Source: Squalus acanthias (taxonomy: Eukaryota). From it: DNA of 64,000 nt. Shown here piece after piece: positions 11,765 through 22,981 of this stretch (its first letter is position 1; each line of letters begins with the position of its first letter). Both the position numbers and the translations under genes were made by a program. Below the pieces are notes generated by a model. It was given only the letters and a program-made list of their open reading frames with translations. It did no database searches and had not been told where the DNA came from. The stretch is from positions 55,120,001 through 55,184,000 of the forward strand of contig CM059438.1 in NCBI GenBank assembly GCA_030390025.1. The letters are read 5' to 3'.

Positions 11765-13657
11765 CTGTAATCAAAACACATCACATATTAAGTTACAACT
11801 TCATCCTTTTTTCCTCCTAATTTTCTCCCCTGCCCTTCAAAAGGCAGCGACTTATAATGGGGGCACTAATTCCTCAGGTGTCAGCCATCCTCCAGTGTTC
11901 TTGCCCAACTACCCATTCTTCATGACAAAACTTTTCCATGGACACGTTCCAGCAGGATTTCAGCCAGAACAGAACCGTGGCTGCGTGGTCACCCCGCAGC
12001 GTAAGGGTGTGCAGGCAGAGAGGGAATGGGTGTCCACCAGCCAGACAAGGAGGACCAGGCAGGTAGAGCAGGAGTCCCCTGAGTGCATCTCACTCTCTAA
12101 CCAGTATTGGTGAGGGCATGGTTCCTCTGGGGAATACAGCCAGAGCCAAGTCCACGGCACCACGGGTGGCTCAGCTGTACGGTGGGGAGGAGGAAGATCG
12201 GGAAAGCAATAGTGAAAGGGGATTCAATAGTTAGGGGAACAGACAGGCTTTTCTGCAGCCACAGACGTGATTCCAGAATGGTATGTTTCCTCCCTGGTGC
12301 CAGGGTCAAGGATGTCACTGAGTGGCTGCAGAACATTCTATAAGAACATAAGACGTAGGAGCAGGAGTCGGTCATTTGGCCCCTCGAGCCTGCTCCGCCA
12401 TTCAATAAGATCATGGCTGATCTGATCTTGGCCTCAACTCCACTTCCCTGCCCGCTCCCCATAACCCTTGACTCCCTTATCGTTCAAAAATCTGTCTATC
12501 TCCACCTTAAAGATATTCAATGACCCAGCCTCCACAGCTCTCTGGGGAAGAGAATTCCAAAGATTCACCACCCTCTGAGAGAAGAAATTCCTCCTCATTT
12601 CCGATTTAAATAGGTGCCCCCTTATTCTGAAATTATGCCCCCTAGTTCTAGATTCCCCTACGAGGGGAAACATCCTCTCTGCATCTACCCTGTCAAGCCC
12701 CTTCAGAATGTTATATGTTTCAATAAGATCACCTCTCATTCTTCTAAACTCCAATGAGTATAGGCCCAACCTGCTCAACCTTTCTTCATAAGGCGACCCC
12801 TTCAACTCAGGAATCAACCTCGTGAACCTTCTCTGAACTGCCTCCAATGCAAGTATATCCTTCCTTAAATAAGGAGACCAAAACTGTACGCAGTACTCCA
12901 GGTGTGGTCTCACCAACACCCTGTACAGTTGTAACAGGACTTCCCTACTTTTATACTCCATTCCCTTTGCAATAAAGGCCAACATTCCATTTGCCTTCCT
13001 AATTACTTGCTGTACCTGCATGCTAACTTTTTGTGATTCATGTACAAGGACCCCCAGATCCCTCTGTACCTCAGCATTTTGTAATCTCTCTCCATTTAAA
13101 TAATAATTTGCTTTTTTATTTTTACCACCAAAGTTGATAACCTCGCATTTTCCCACATTAAACTCCATCTGCCAGATTTTTGCCCACTCACTTAACCTAT
13201 CTATATCTCTTTGGAGATTCTTTGCGTCCTCCACACAATTTACTTTCCCACCTATCTTTGTATCATCAGCAAATTTGGTTACATTACACTCGGTCCCTTC
13301 ATCCAAGTCATTAATATAGATTGTAAACAGCTGAGGCCCCAGCACTGATCTCTGTGGCACCCCACTAGTTACAGTTTGCCAACCTGAAAATTACCCATTT
13401 ATCCCGGCTCTCTGTTTTCTGTTAGTTAGCCAATCCTCTATCCATGCTAATATATTACCCCCAACCCCGTGAGCTCTTATCTTGTGTAGTAACCTTTTAT
13501 GTGGAACCTTATTGAATGCCTTCTGGAAATCCAAACACACAACATCTACTGGTTCCCCTTTATCCACCCTGCTTGTTACATCCTCAAAGAACACCAGCAA
13601 ATTTGTCAAACATGATTTCCCTTTCATAAAACCATGCTGACTCTGCTTGACTATAAT

Positions 13658-14636
13658 GGCCCAAAAATTCGGCCGAGAACGGGTGAGTACTCAGTGCGTA
13701 CTCACCCGTATTCGTTCCCGAAGTGCCGGTTTCCTGCATGCACTGCGCATGCGCGGGAAACCAGCACTTCCGGTATGGCGAAGGGGGCGGTTCCTAGGTG
13801 AACCACGTGCGCACTACAGGCTGTGCGCACGCAGCACACTTAGGTTTTTTTTCAGGTTTCAACGCGAGGGTAAGTATGGAAGATTTTACACACGTAAAAA
13901 GGAGGCGTAAGACCCCCTTTTAACAAGGTAAGTAGTTAATTAAGTATAATTTTAAATTTTTTTCAACAGGTTTATCTTTTTTAGAGACTTTAAAGAAAGG
14001 TAAGTTTATTTTTATAACTTTTAAAAAGAATTTAAATCTTTTCAAAAATTTAAATTTTTGTTTAAAGTGGTTAATTTATTTAACTATAGTTATTTTATTA
14101 ATGTGATGGGTTTTAAAAAAATTTATTTGAGGTTTAGCTGTTCTTTTGGGGACGATTTGTATTCATAGATTTGACAGGTCTCCTGTCAAATCTATGAATG
14201 AAAGATGGTCTGCTGCCATTGGCTCTCCATGGCCCACATGATCCCAGGAGTCGCATCGCACTAACTGCGCCCCTGGGACACGCAAGCACTGCGCGCCGGC
14301 ACCAGGGAGAGGCCCAGGACCCGAAGTTCCTGTGGGCCCGAAACACAACACGGTGGCATAGTGGTTAGCACTGTTGCCTCACAGCGCCAGGGACCCGGGT
14401 TCGAATCCAGCCTCGGGTGACTGTCTGTGTGGATAGAGTGGGATACGTGAGGGGGGATTAAATACGTGGGGTTACGGGGATAGGGTGGATATGTGTCGGT
14501 GCAGGCTCGATGGGCCGAAATGGCCTCTATCTGCACTGTGGGGATTCTGTGATTCTGTGACAACGGCAGGCGCGGTAGGTAAGATCGCGCGCGATCCTTA
14601 CCCCCGCGGCAAGCCTCCGAGTCAAATTTCTGGGCC
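13658..14636 (-). mobile_element. Harbinger-type MITE (family A relative) carrying a SINE
   Basis: TIR GGCCCAAAAATT / GGCCCAGAAATT, TSD AAT / ATT. Reverse-complement similarity to 914-1647. Confidence 0.85.
14349..14560 (+). mobile_element. tRNA-derived HE1-like (V-)SINE, internally deleted
   Basis: A-box TGGCATAGTGG, B-box GGTTCGAATCC, CTGTCTGTGTGGA, and CR1-type tail GGGCCGAAATGGCCTC...GATTCTGTGATTCTGTG. Confidence 0.8.
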
Positions 14637-15995
14637 ATTATGATTTTCTAAATGTCTATCACTTCCTTCATTATGGACTCCAGCATTTTCCCAATGACAG
14701 ATGTTAGGCTAACTGGTCTATAGTTGCCTGATTTCTTTCTCCCTCCTTTCTTAAATAGGGGTGTTACATTTGCGGTTTTCCAGTCCGCTGGGACCTCTCC
14801 AGAATCGAGGGAATTTTGGTAGATTACAACCAATGCATCCACTATCTCTGCAGCCACCTCTTTTAAGACTCTAGGATGCAGGCCACCGGGTCCAGGGGAC
14901 TTGTCCACCTTTAGTCCCATTAGTTTGCCTGGTACTTTCTGAGGAGGGAAAGCCAGAGGTCGTGACTCCCGGTGCCACAAGTTAGTAAGTATAAAAATAG
15001 AAGGATAAAGCAGATGAATGCGTGGCTGGAGAGATGGTGCAGGAGGGAGGGCTTTAGATTCCTGGGACATTGGGACCGGTTCTGGGGGAGGTGGGACCTG
15101 TACAGGCCGGACAGGTTGCACCTCAATAGAGCTGGGACCAATATCCTCGTGGGAGGGTTTGCTCGTGCTATTGGGGAGGGTTTAAACTAATTTGGCAGGG
15201 GGGTGAGCACCAGGATCTAGCATTAGAAAGGAGAAACAAAGTGCACAAAGGATTGGGAGAGACAGATAGCACTAGAGTAAAAAATAGTACAGTATTAGGT
15301 GGGGTCAGACTGAGAGATAATACAAGAAGGTCTAAGATAGGTTTACAGTGCATGTGTATAAATGTGCGAAGCGTGGTAAATAAGGTTGGTGAGCTGCAGG
15401 CGCAAGTAGCCACATGGGAATATGATGTTGTGGTGATAATGGAGATCTGGCTCAAAAAAGAGCAGGATTGGGTACTAAATATTCCTGGATATAAGGGGGG
15501 AAAAATTCAGTTGGTTTGCGCCTCCCGTTAGCGCCTTACGAGGGTGCTAATGGGGCGCAAAGCAACTAGCGCCCGGGCGCGGCGATATCTGCGCCTCTCG
15601 CGAAATTGACCGGAAATTTTGCGGCGGCGCTAAACAATACCGCCCCGATCTCCTGCGCACGCAGATCTTGACGTCATTCGAGCGTGCAACGCCCTTGTGG
15701 CGCCCCGGAACAGAAATTGAGTGGCACCCCCCTCCTTTCCGCCTGGCGCAACCAACGACAGGTAGACTGGAACGCTTCCCAGTCGCTGTGGGGGCACTAT
15801 TTAAAGGGGACCTCTTCCTGGCTTTTTCTGTGGTAGACATTTTTGCACCACTCGTTCTGAGAGAGAGAGAGAGATTTTGAGAGAAAGAGAGACTTCTGCA
15901 TTGAGTCAATGCTGTGTGAAGTAGTTTTGGCTACTGAGCATAACTTTGCAGGTACTTTGGTTTTTGACCTTCATAACTTTGATTGCCAAGAGACT

Positions 15996-17144
15996 ATGGG
16001 GGCTGCACTGATTGGGGGCGTTGTCCTGCGCCAGCAGAATCGGAGGGCACAGAGACGCAGAGAGAGAGTGGCAATCATGGCCAGACGGAGGAGGGCCAAC
16101 AGGCCTCTGTACAGGAGACCTTACCCTCCCAGGGTATTTCGCCAACAATTCTCCTACATTAATATGTCTGAGGAGCAGTGTTTGCGAAGGCTGTGCTTCA
16201 GCAAGGAGGTGGTCACTGATCTCTGCCACCTGCTGCAGCCAGATCTGCAGCCTCTACTGAGGACCAGGATGTCCCTGTCGGTGGCAGTGAAGGTCACAGT
16301 GGCGCTGAACTTTTATGCCACCGGCTCATTTCAATCAGCTACTGGGGACATCGCCAATATCTCCCAGTTCGCGGTCCATTGCTGCATCCGTCAGGTCACA
16401 AATGCCCTCTATAAAAGGAGACGAGAGTACATCTCTTTCCCCATGACCCCGGCCAAGCAGCATGAACGCGCAATGGGCTTTGCGAGGATAGCGGGCTTCC
16501 CCATGGTGCAGGGTGCCATTGACTGCACGCATGTGGCTTTGCGTGCTCCGCATGAGAATGCAGAGGATTTCTGCAACCGAAAGGGGTTCCACTCCTTAAA
16601 TGTGCAGTTGGTCTGTGACCACAGACAGCTGATACTCGCTGTCAATGCCCACTATCCTGGCAGCAGCCACGATGTATTCATCCTGCGCCAGACTACTGTG
16701 GCAGAACTTTTCCAGGCACCGCATCACCCAGGTGGTTGGCTTCTCGGGGACAAGGGATATCCACTGTGCACCTGGCTGATGACACCGCTCCGTATGCCCA
16801 ACACCTCTGCTGAGCTGCGGTACAACGAGAGCCATCTCGCTACCAGGAACATCGTTGAGCACACAATCGGTGTGCTCAAGCAACGGTTCCGCTGTCTGGA
16901 CCATTCTGGAGGAGCCCTGCAGTACTCGCCTGAGCGAGTCTCCCTCTTCGTTGTTGTGTGCTGCATGCTGCATAACCTGGCAATCCTCAGGACCCAGCCA
17001 ATGCCACCAGGCCTTGGAGCACCACCAGAGGAGGAGGAGGAAGAGGAGGAGGATGATCATCAGCAGCACCAAGGCGGTAGGGAGGCCCACAATGTAGAAA
17101 CTGGAAGGGCCGTCCGTCAACGGCTGATAGCAAGCCGCTTCTAG
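15996..17144 (+). CDS. Harbinger DDE transposase (HARBI1-like family), intact ORF, 382 aa
   Basis: GAIDCTH, NRKGFHSLNVQLVCD, YPGSSHD, LLGDKGY and RNIVEHTIGVLKQRFRCL motifs; acidic C-terminal tract. Confidence 0.92.
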   Translation: MGAALIGGVVLRQQNRRAQRRRERVAIMARRRRANRPLYRRPYPPRVFRQQFSYINMSEEQCLRRLCFSKEVVTDLCHLLQPDLQPLLRTRMSLSVAVKVTVALNFYATGSFQSATGDIANISQFAVHCCIRQVTNALYKRRREYISFPMTPAKQHERAMGFARIAGFPMVQGAIDCTHVALRAPHENAEDFCNRKGFHSLNVQLVCDHRQLILAVNAHYPGSSHDVFILRQTTVAELFQAPHHPGGWLLGDKGYPLCTWLMTPLRMPNTSAELRYNESHLATRNIVEHTIGVLKQRFRCLDHSGGALQYSPERVSLFVVVCCMLHNLAILRTQPMPPGLGAPPEEEEEEEEDDHQQHQGGREAHNVETGRAVRQRLIASRF

Positions 17145-17455
17145 ATCCCTGCTGAGGAAATGGCTTCTGTCATTGAGAACAACATGAATTAAACCAACCC
17201 GCAACCCCTAAGCCAGCCAAGGCAACAATGATTCCAAAGACCAAACATGTATATTTTGAATACAAAAACGTATTTATTTTATAAACTCTGTGTGTGTCAT
17301 TTCCTCATGACAAACTAATAGAAAGAAACACAAAAAAACAGTCATTAACATAACTGGTTCTCACAACCTGGAGATAATGTCCAAAACACTAAACAAAAGT
17401 TTGACCACGAACCTCGGCCTTTAATAAAAAAATGACCAACATTTTGTCACACCTC

Positions 17456-19275
17456 CTACTTTTTGCCCTTCGAGGGTGATCGCCTTCCCTTGCGCACTTC
17501 CCCCCTTCCCACCCTACTGCTCCTCCGTAATGGGACCTCAGTGGCTGCAGCAAGGCTGGTGGAAGGCTGCTGATTGTCAGAACCTGAGACTGCAGATGCC
17601 CTTGAAGGACGGCCTCGACCAGCTCTGGGCCTGGAGGGCCCGGCTGCAGACTGCACCAACTCTGCATGGGCGGCAGCAGCCTGTCCTACAGGCGGTGGCA
17701 AGTGCAGTGGAGAAGTGACAGTGATGGCAGCAGGAATTCTGTCATCTTGAGAGAGGACAGCAACTCCCTGCTCGACCGACACACTGGCACTCCCACGGGA
17801 CAGCACTTCAGCATCCGGAGCAATCTGCTGGAGCACAGATTGCTGGCCTGCTGCGGCGCGGTGAGAGCCCCGGGGAAATGTGTCCGAACCAGCGAGGATG
17901 GCAGCAGTCAGTGCTCGCGTGGCCTCAATCTGAGTCTGCATGAGAGCAGTCAGAGATGGGGTCATGGCAGCCAGTGACTGAATTGCAGCACTAAGCATTT
18001 GCGTGGCATCCGTCTGTGCTACAGCGAAGTGCTCCACACTCCTTGCCAGTGATTCAATGCATTCGGGCACCCTTCCCACTGCACCCATGAGCCCAGTGTG
18101 CATGTCCACCACCTGGGTGTTCATTTCAGCGATGAGCCGCTCCTCCTCTGCGTCCAGTGCAGTAGGACACGCTGGCATACTCTCCCTCCGGGGAGAAGGC
18201 CCCCGAGCTTCCCTAGCCACATTGCGTTGCTGCAGCCCACTGGGTTCTGGAGCTTCACCCTCATCAGACCCTTCCCCCCTGCTCCCCTCCAGGTAAGGCG
18301 TAGGTCCCAGTGTGGGCATGGGCTTCCTCAGGAGAGGGTGGCGCTGATGCTCCGGCTTCCTCTACCTCCTCGCCTGCGGCTTTGCTCCCACTGGCAGCTT
18401 GAGGGCCCGTCTCCTCAGCTGGTGAATCACCATCTGAAAGCAGGGAGGTACAAGAGTGGCTTTAGCGTGAGGACAGGGGGGCAGTAAGGGAGGAATGAGT
18501 GCAGCGATTTAGTAAGTTGGATTGAAGTGTCAAAGGCTGGTGTTGTGAGGGACAAGTGGAAGGAGAGAGGACAAAAAGGTGATGACCTTACCATTGCTGT
18601 CCAGAACGGGGTCGGCCTCTCCAGGGGCAACGGGACCGATCACCCGGCTTGCCACAATCCTCTGGACGCGCACCTCAAGATCGCTGAGGAGTTGCAGCTG
18701 AGGCCGCCCTCCACCCGTCCGTTGCTGCTGTCTCCTATTATGAGATAGCTTGGCCTGCAAGAAAAAGGACGGCGTCTGAGTAAATATACAGCCATGGTCT
18801 TGCCTGATGTGCCTCCCATAGGTGAATAGCCCTTACTGTATGCAGCCATGGTCTTGCCTGATGTGCCTCCCATAGGTGAATAGCCATTACTGTATGCAAA
18901 GTGTGGAATGTGCGTGTGTGTTTCATGAGAGGGCCATAGGTGTTGGATGAGTGTTGGGCATTGGGGTTTTAAGACCCTCTGGCCATAGAGTGAGGTTGAG
19001 ATGGAGGGATGGAGAGGTATTGAAAAAAAGCCACTCACCCTGACGACCTGAGTGAGGTCGTTGAACTTTTTTCGACATTGTATATGGGTCCTGGGCACCA
19101 TGCTCCTGGAGGAGACGCTCTGTGCCACCTCCCTCCACACTCTTCTGTAATCGCGCGGCAAAGGCCTCCTGCCACTCTCTGGGTACAGTATTGATCTTAT
19201 GCACTCCACCGTGCCAACCAGCGCCTCCAAGGCCCGCTCGCTGAAGCGCTGTGCTCGCTCCCTGGCCCTCTCCAT
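17456..19275 (-). pseudogene. Harbinger Myb/SANT-like DNA-binding partner; 3 exons with one frameshift
   Basis: Exons 19275-19039 (RFSERALEALV...W.EVA...RTHIQCRKKFNDL), 18754-18592 (RTGGG) and 18433-17456, all GT-AG. Apparent +1 base near 18303. Confidence 0.8.
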
Positions 19276-20645
19276 AGTCCTTGGCTGCAAGATTTAGCCA
19301 CAGGTCTCTCCAGGCCGAGATTCAGGCTCCAATGAGCAGGGTGTGGCTGGAGAGCAAGATCGAGCCTTCCATTCAAGAACTGACAGCACCTGCACTGCGC
19401 CCGCGCTCTGAGTTAGCGCCTCGCTCCTCGGCCTTTGCGCCTTAAGACAGGTGTGTAGCGCCTGATTTAGCGCTCCAATCAACTCCAGGGGCGATAAAAG
19501 CCAAGTTTGCAGTCGGAGACGATAATTAGCGCCAGGCGCTAAACTTTGCGCACGGCCGATAATCGCGCCCCAAATGGGCCGATACTGAATTTTTCCCCCA
19601 AGGTGTTCAGGAAAGATAGGGAAGGAAAGAAAGTATTGGGGTGGCAGTATTGATTAAGGAGAATATTACAGTGCTGGAGAGAGAAGATGGCCTGGAGGGG
19701 TCAAGGACTGAATCTATTTGGTTAGAGTTAAGAAACAATAGAGGTGCCATTATACTACTAGGTGTATTCTATAGACCACCAACTAGTGGGAAAGATATGG
19801 AGGAGCAAATTTGCAGGGAAATTACAGAGAGGTGCAAGAACTATCGAGTAGTGAGAATGGGGGACTTCAACTATCCTAATATAGACTAGGATAGTAATAA
19901 AGTAAAGGGCGGAGAGGGGGAAGAATTTCTGAAGTGTCAGGAGAACTTTCTTGATCGGTACGTTTCCGGCCCAACGAGGAAGGAGGCATTGCTGGATCTG
20001 GTTCTGGGGAATGAGGTGAGTCAAGTAGAGCAAGTGTCAGTAGGGGAACATTTAGGGAACAGTGATCATAGTACCTAAGGTTTAGATTAGCTATGGAAAA
20101 GGACAGGGGGAGATCTAGAGTAAAAATACTTAATTGGAGGAAGGCCAATTACAGTGGGTTGAGAACAGATCTGGCCCGGGGAAACTGGAATCAAAGATTG
20201 GCAGGCAAAACTGTAATCGAACAATGGGCTGTCTTTAAAGAGGAGATGGTTCGGGTACAGTCGAGGTACATTCCTACGAGGGGGAAAGGCAGGGCAACTA
20301 AAGTCAGAGCTCCCTGGATGATGAAAGAGATAGAGAGTAAGATGAAGCAGAAAAAGGGGGCGTATGACAGATGTCACGTTGAGAATACAAGTGAGAACCA
20401 GGCTAAATATAGAAAGTTCAGAGGGGAAGTGAAAAAGGAAAAAAGAGGGGCAAAGAGAATAGATTGGCAGCTAACATAAAAAGGAATCCAAACGTCTTCT
20501 ATAGGCATATAAATAGTAAACAAGTAGTAAGAGGAGGGGTGAGGCATTTAGGGACCAAAAAGGAGACCTACGGATGGAGGCAGAGGTATGAAATGACTAC
20601 TTTGCATGTGTCTTCACCAAGGAAGAAGATGATGCCAAAGTCATA

Positions 20646-21362
20646 GGGCTAGAAATTTGGTGCATTTGTGCCTCTCGTTAGTGCCTCCGGGGGGCGCAAA
20701 CGACTTTTCGCTTGGTCGCCTCGCTGATAACGGCTCCTGCTAAATTCAGCGCGAGTTTAGCGACGATGGTAACCGGTAGTGCCCCGCTCCACTGCGCAGG
20801 CGATGACGACATCATCACCGTGCGCAGTGCCCATTTTTGCCCCACCTGCAAATTTGGCCCGCGCCCCGTGAATCTGCGCCAGGCGATGACGGTGACTGAT
20901 TCAGGGGGGCGGGAACGGAGCGGCAGGAGGCTCGCGGGGCGCTAACTAAAGGGGAGGTGGCGGGCGGGGAAAAGATAATCGGCCGACTTACTTGTCGCGG
21001 CCCGTTGTCTCTTTGAACGCGGGATCCGTGCCGCGATCTGGCAGCCCGGCACTCCTCTTGTGTGCCGGGCTGCTGGCACGGCACCCCGCTCCCCGGTGGT
21101 CCAGGTAGGGCCCCGCAGAGTTGTGAGCTTGGGCCCTCCCCTTTAATGAGGGGAAGAGCCCTTCCATGCGGCAGCGCTCCATGGCCCAGTGTGTAGCGCT
21201 GCAGAGCGCACCGCCCCGATATTCGGGGTTAGCGCTCTAAGAAGGAAGTGGCGTGCTTGAATTAGCGCTCCACCTCCCTCTTGGGAGCTAAAACTGGATT
21301 TCAGGGTCACCGGCGCTATTTTTCGCCGGGCGCTAAATTGGTTGCTAACGAATTTTTCCCCC
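20646..21362. mobile_element. GC-rich Harbinger MITE (717 bp)
   Basis: Ends GGGCTAGAAATT / GGGGGAAAAATT, TSD ATA. Subterminal GTTAG(C/T)GCC motifs shared with the autonomous elements. Confidence 0.88.
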
Positions 21363-22400
21363 ATAGTGAAAGAGGAGGTAGTTGAGATACTGGATCAGCT
21401 AAAAATTGATAAAGAGGAGGTACTAGAAAGGCTGGCTGTACTTAAAATAGATAAGTCACCAAGACTGAATGGGATGCATCCTCGGATGCTGAGGGAAGTA
21501 AAGGTGGAAATTGCGGAGGTACGGGCCATAATCTTCCAATCCTTCTTAAACACGGGGGTGGTGCCAGTGGACTGGAGATGTGCAAATGTTACACCCTTGT
21601 TCAAAAAAGGGTGTAAGGATAAACCCAGCAACTATAGGCCAGTCAGTTTAACCTCGGTAGTGAGGAAGCTTTTAGAAACGATAATCGGTACACAATTAAC
21701 AGCCACTTGGACAAGTGTGGATTAATTATGGAAAGCCAGCACGGATTTGTCAAAGGCAAATTGTGTTTAACTAAATTGAGATTTTTGATGACAGAGAGGG
21801 TTGATCAGGGTAATGGGGTTGACGTGGTGTACATGGACTTCCAAAAGGCGTTTGATAAAGTGCCACATAATAGGCTTGCCAGCAAAGTTGAAGCCCATGG
21901 AATAAAAGGAACAGTGGCAGCATGGATATGAAATTGGCTAAGTGACAGGAAACAGAGAGTAGTGGTGAACAGTTGTTTTTGGACTGGAGAAAGGTACACA
22001 GTGGTGTTCCCCAGGGGTCGGTTCTAGGACCACTGCTTTTCTTGTTATATATTAATGACTTGGACTTGGGTGGACAGGGCACAATTTCAAAATTTGCAGA
22101 TAACACAAAACTTGGAATGATAGTGAACAGTGAGGAAGATAGTGACAGACCTCAGGAGGGCATAGACAGGCTGGTGTAATGGGCGGACACGTGGCAGATG
22201 AAATTTAATGCAGAAAAGTGCAAACTGATACATTTTGGTAGGAAGAACGAGGAGAAAAATATAAACTAAAGGGTACAATTCTAAAGGGGATGCATGAACA
22301 GAGAGACCTGGGGGTATATGTGCACAAATCATTGAAGGTGGCAGGGCAGGTTGAGAAACTGGTTAAAAAAGCATACGGGATCCTGGGCTTCATAAATAGA

Positions 22401-22623
22401 AATGAGAAGTCGCACAACACCAGGTTATAGTCCAACAGATTTATTTAATTTTACAAGCTTTCGGAGCTGTCGCTCCTTCCTCAGGTAAGTTAGCAGTGAG
22501 AGGAAGGAGCGACAGCTCCGAAAGCTTGTAAAATTAAATAAATCTGTTGGACTATAACCTGGTGTTGTGCGACTTCTCATTTTTGTCCACCCCAGTCCAA
22601 CGCCGGCATCTCCACATCATGAC
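22401..22623. mobile_element. Penelope-like terminal-repeat fragment forming an inverted repeat
   Basis: 82-bp arms (22401-22482 / 22500-22581), 13-bp TSD CTTCATAAATAGA, GTTGGACTATAACCTGGTGTTGTG motif. Confidence 0.82.
22451..22488 (-). ncRNA. Minimal type I hammerhead ribozyme motif
   Basis: UUAC-CUGAGGA-A-GGAGC gaca GCUCC-GAAA-GC-UU-GUAA: core boxes, stem II, 4-bp stem I and palindromic AAGCUU stem III. Confidence 0.75.
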
Positions 22624-22981
22624 CTTCATAAATAGAGGCATAGATTACAAAAGCAAGGAAGTTATGATGAATCTTAATACACTGGTCCGACCTCAACTGG
22701 AGTATTGTGTCCAATTCTGGGCACCGCACTTTAGGAAGGATGTGAAGGCCTCAGAGAGGGTGTAGAAAAGATTTACAAGAATGGTTCCAGGGATGAGGGA
22801 CTTCAGTTACGTGGATAGACCGAAGAAGCTGTGGTTGTTCTCCTTAGAGCAGAGAAGATTGAGAGGAGATTTGATAGAGGTGTTCAAAATCATGAGGGGT
22901 CTGGACAGAGCAGATAGAGAGAAACTGTTCCCATTGGCGGAAGGGTCGAGAACCAGAGGACACAGATTTAAGGTAATTGGC

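Larger units (their letters stand above)
12341..14938 (-). mobile_element. 5'-truncated CR1 LINE inserted antisense into another CR1
   Basis: 308-aa RT ORF at 12434-13360 (SVLGPQLF, KFADD, LEYCVQFWSP); tail TCTTATGTTCTTA at 12341. Confidence 0.9.
15496..19599 (+). mobile_element. Full-length PIF/Harbinger DNA transposon (element 1, 4104 bp)
   Basis: Perfect 16-bp TIR GGGGGAAAAATTCAGT and TSD AAG. Removing it restores CR1 NIPGYKVFRKDR. Contains convergent transposase and Myb/SANT genes. Confidence 0.95.

Noticed and set aside
14349..14420. tRNA gene
   Set aside because: The A and B boxes belong to a SINE head followed by a LINE-derived tail; no complete cloverleaf or acceptor stem.
15996..17144. 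Domesticated HARBI1 host gene
   Set aside because: It sits between TIRs with a TSD, is paired with a Myb gene and has paralogous copies in the window, so it is a transposon gene.
18789..18896. 54-bp tandem duplication in the Harbinger Myb gene
   Set aside because: It lies in intron 1 of that gene with no coding effect; an ordinary local duplication.
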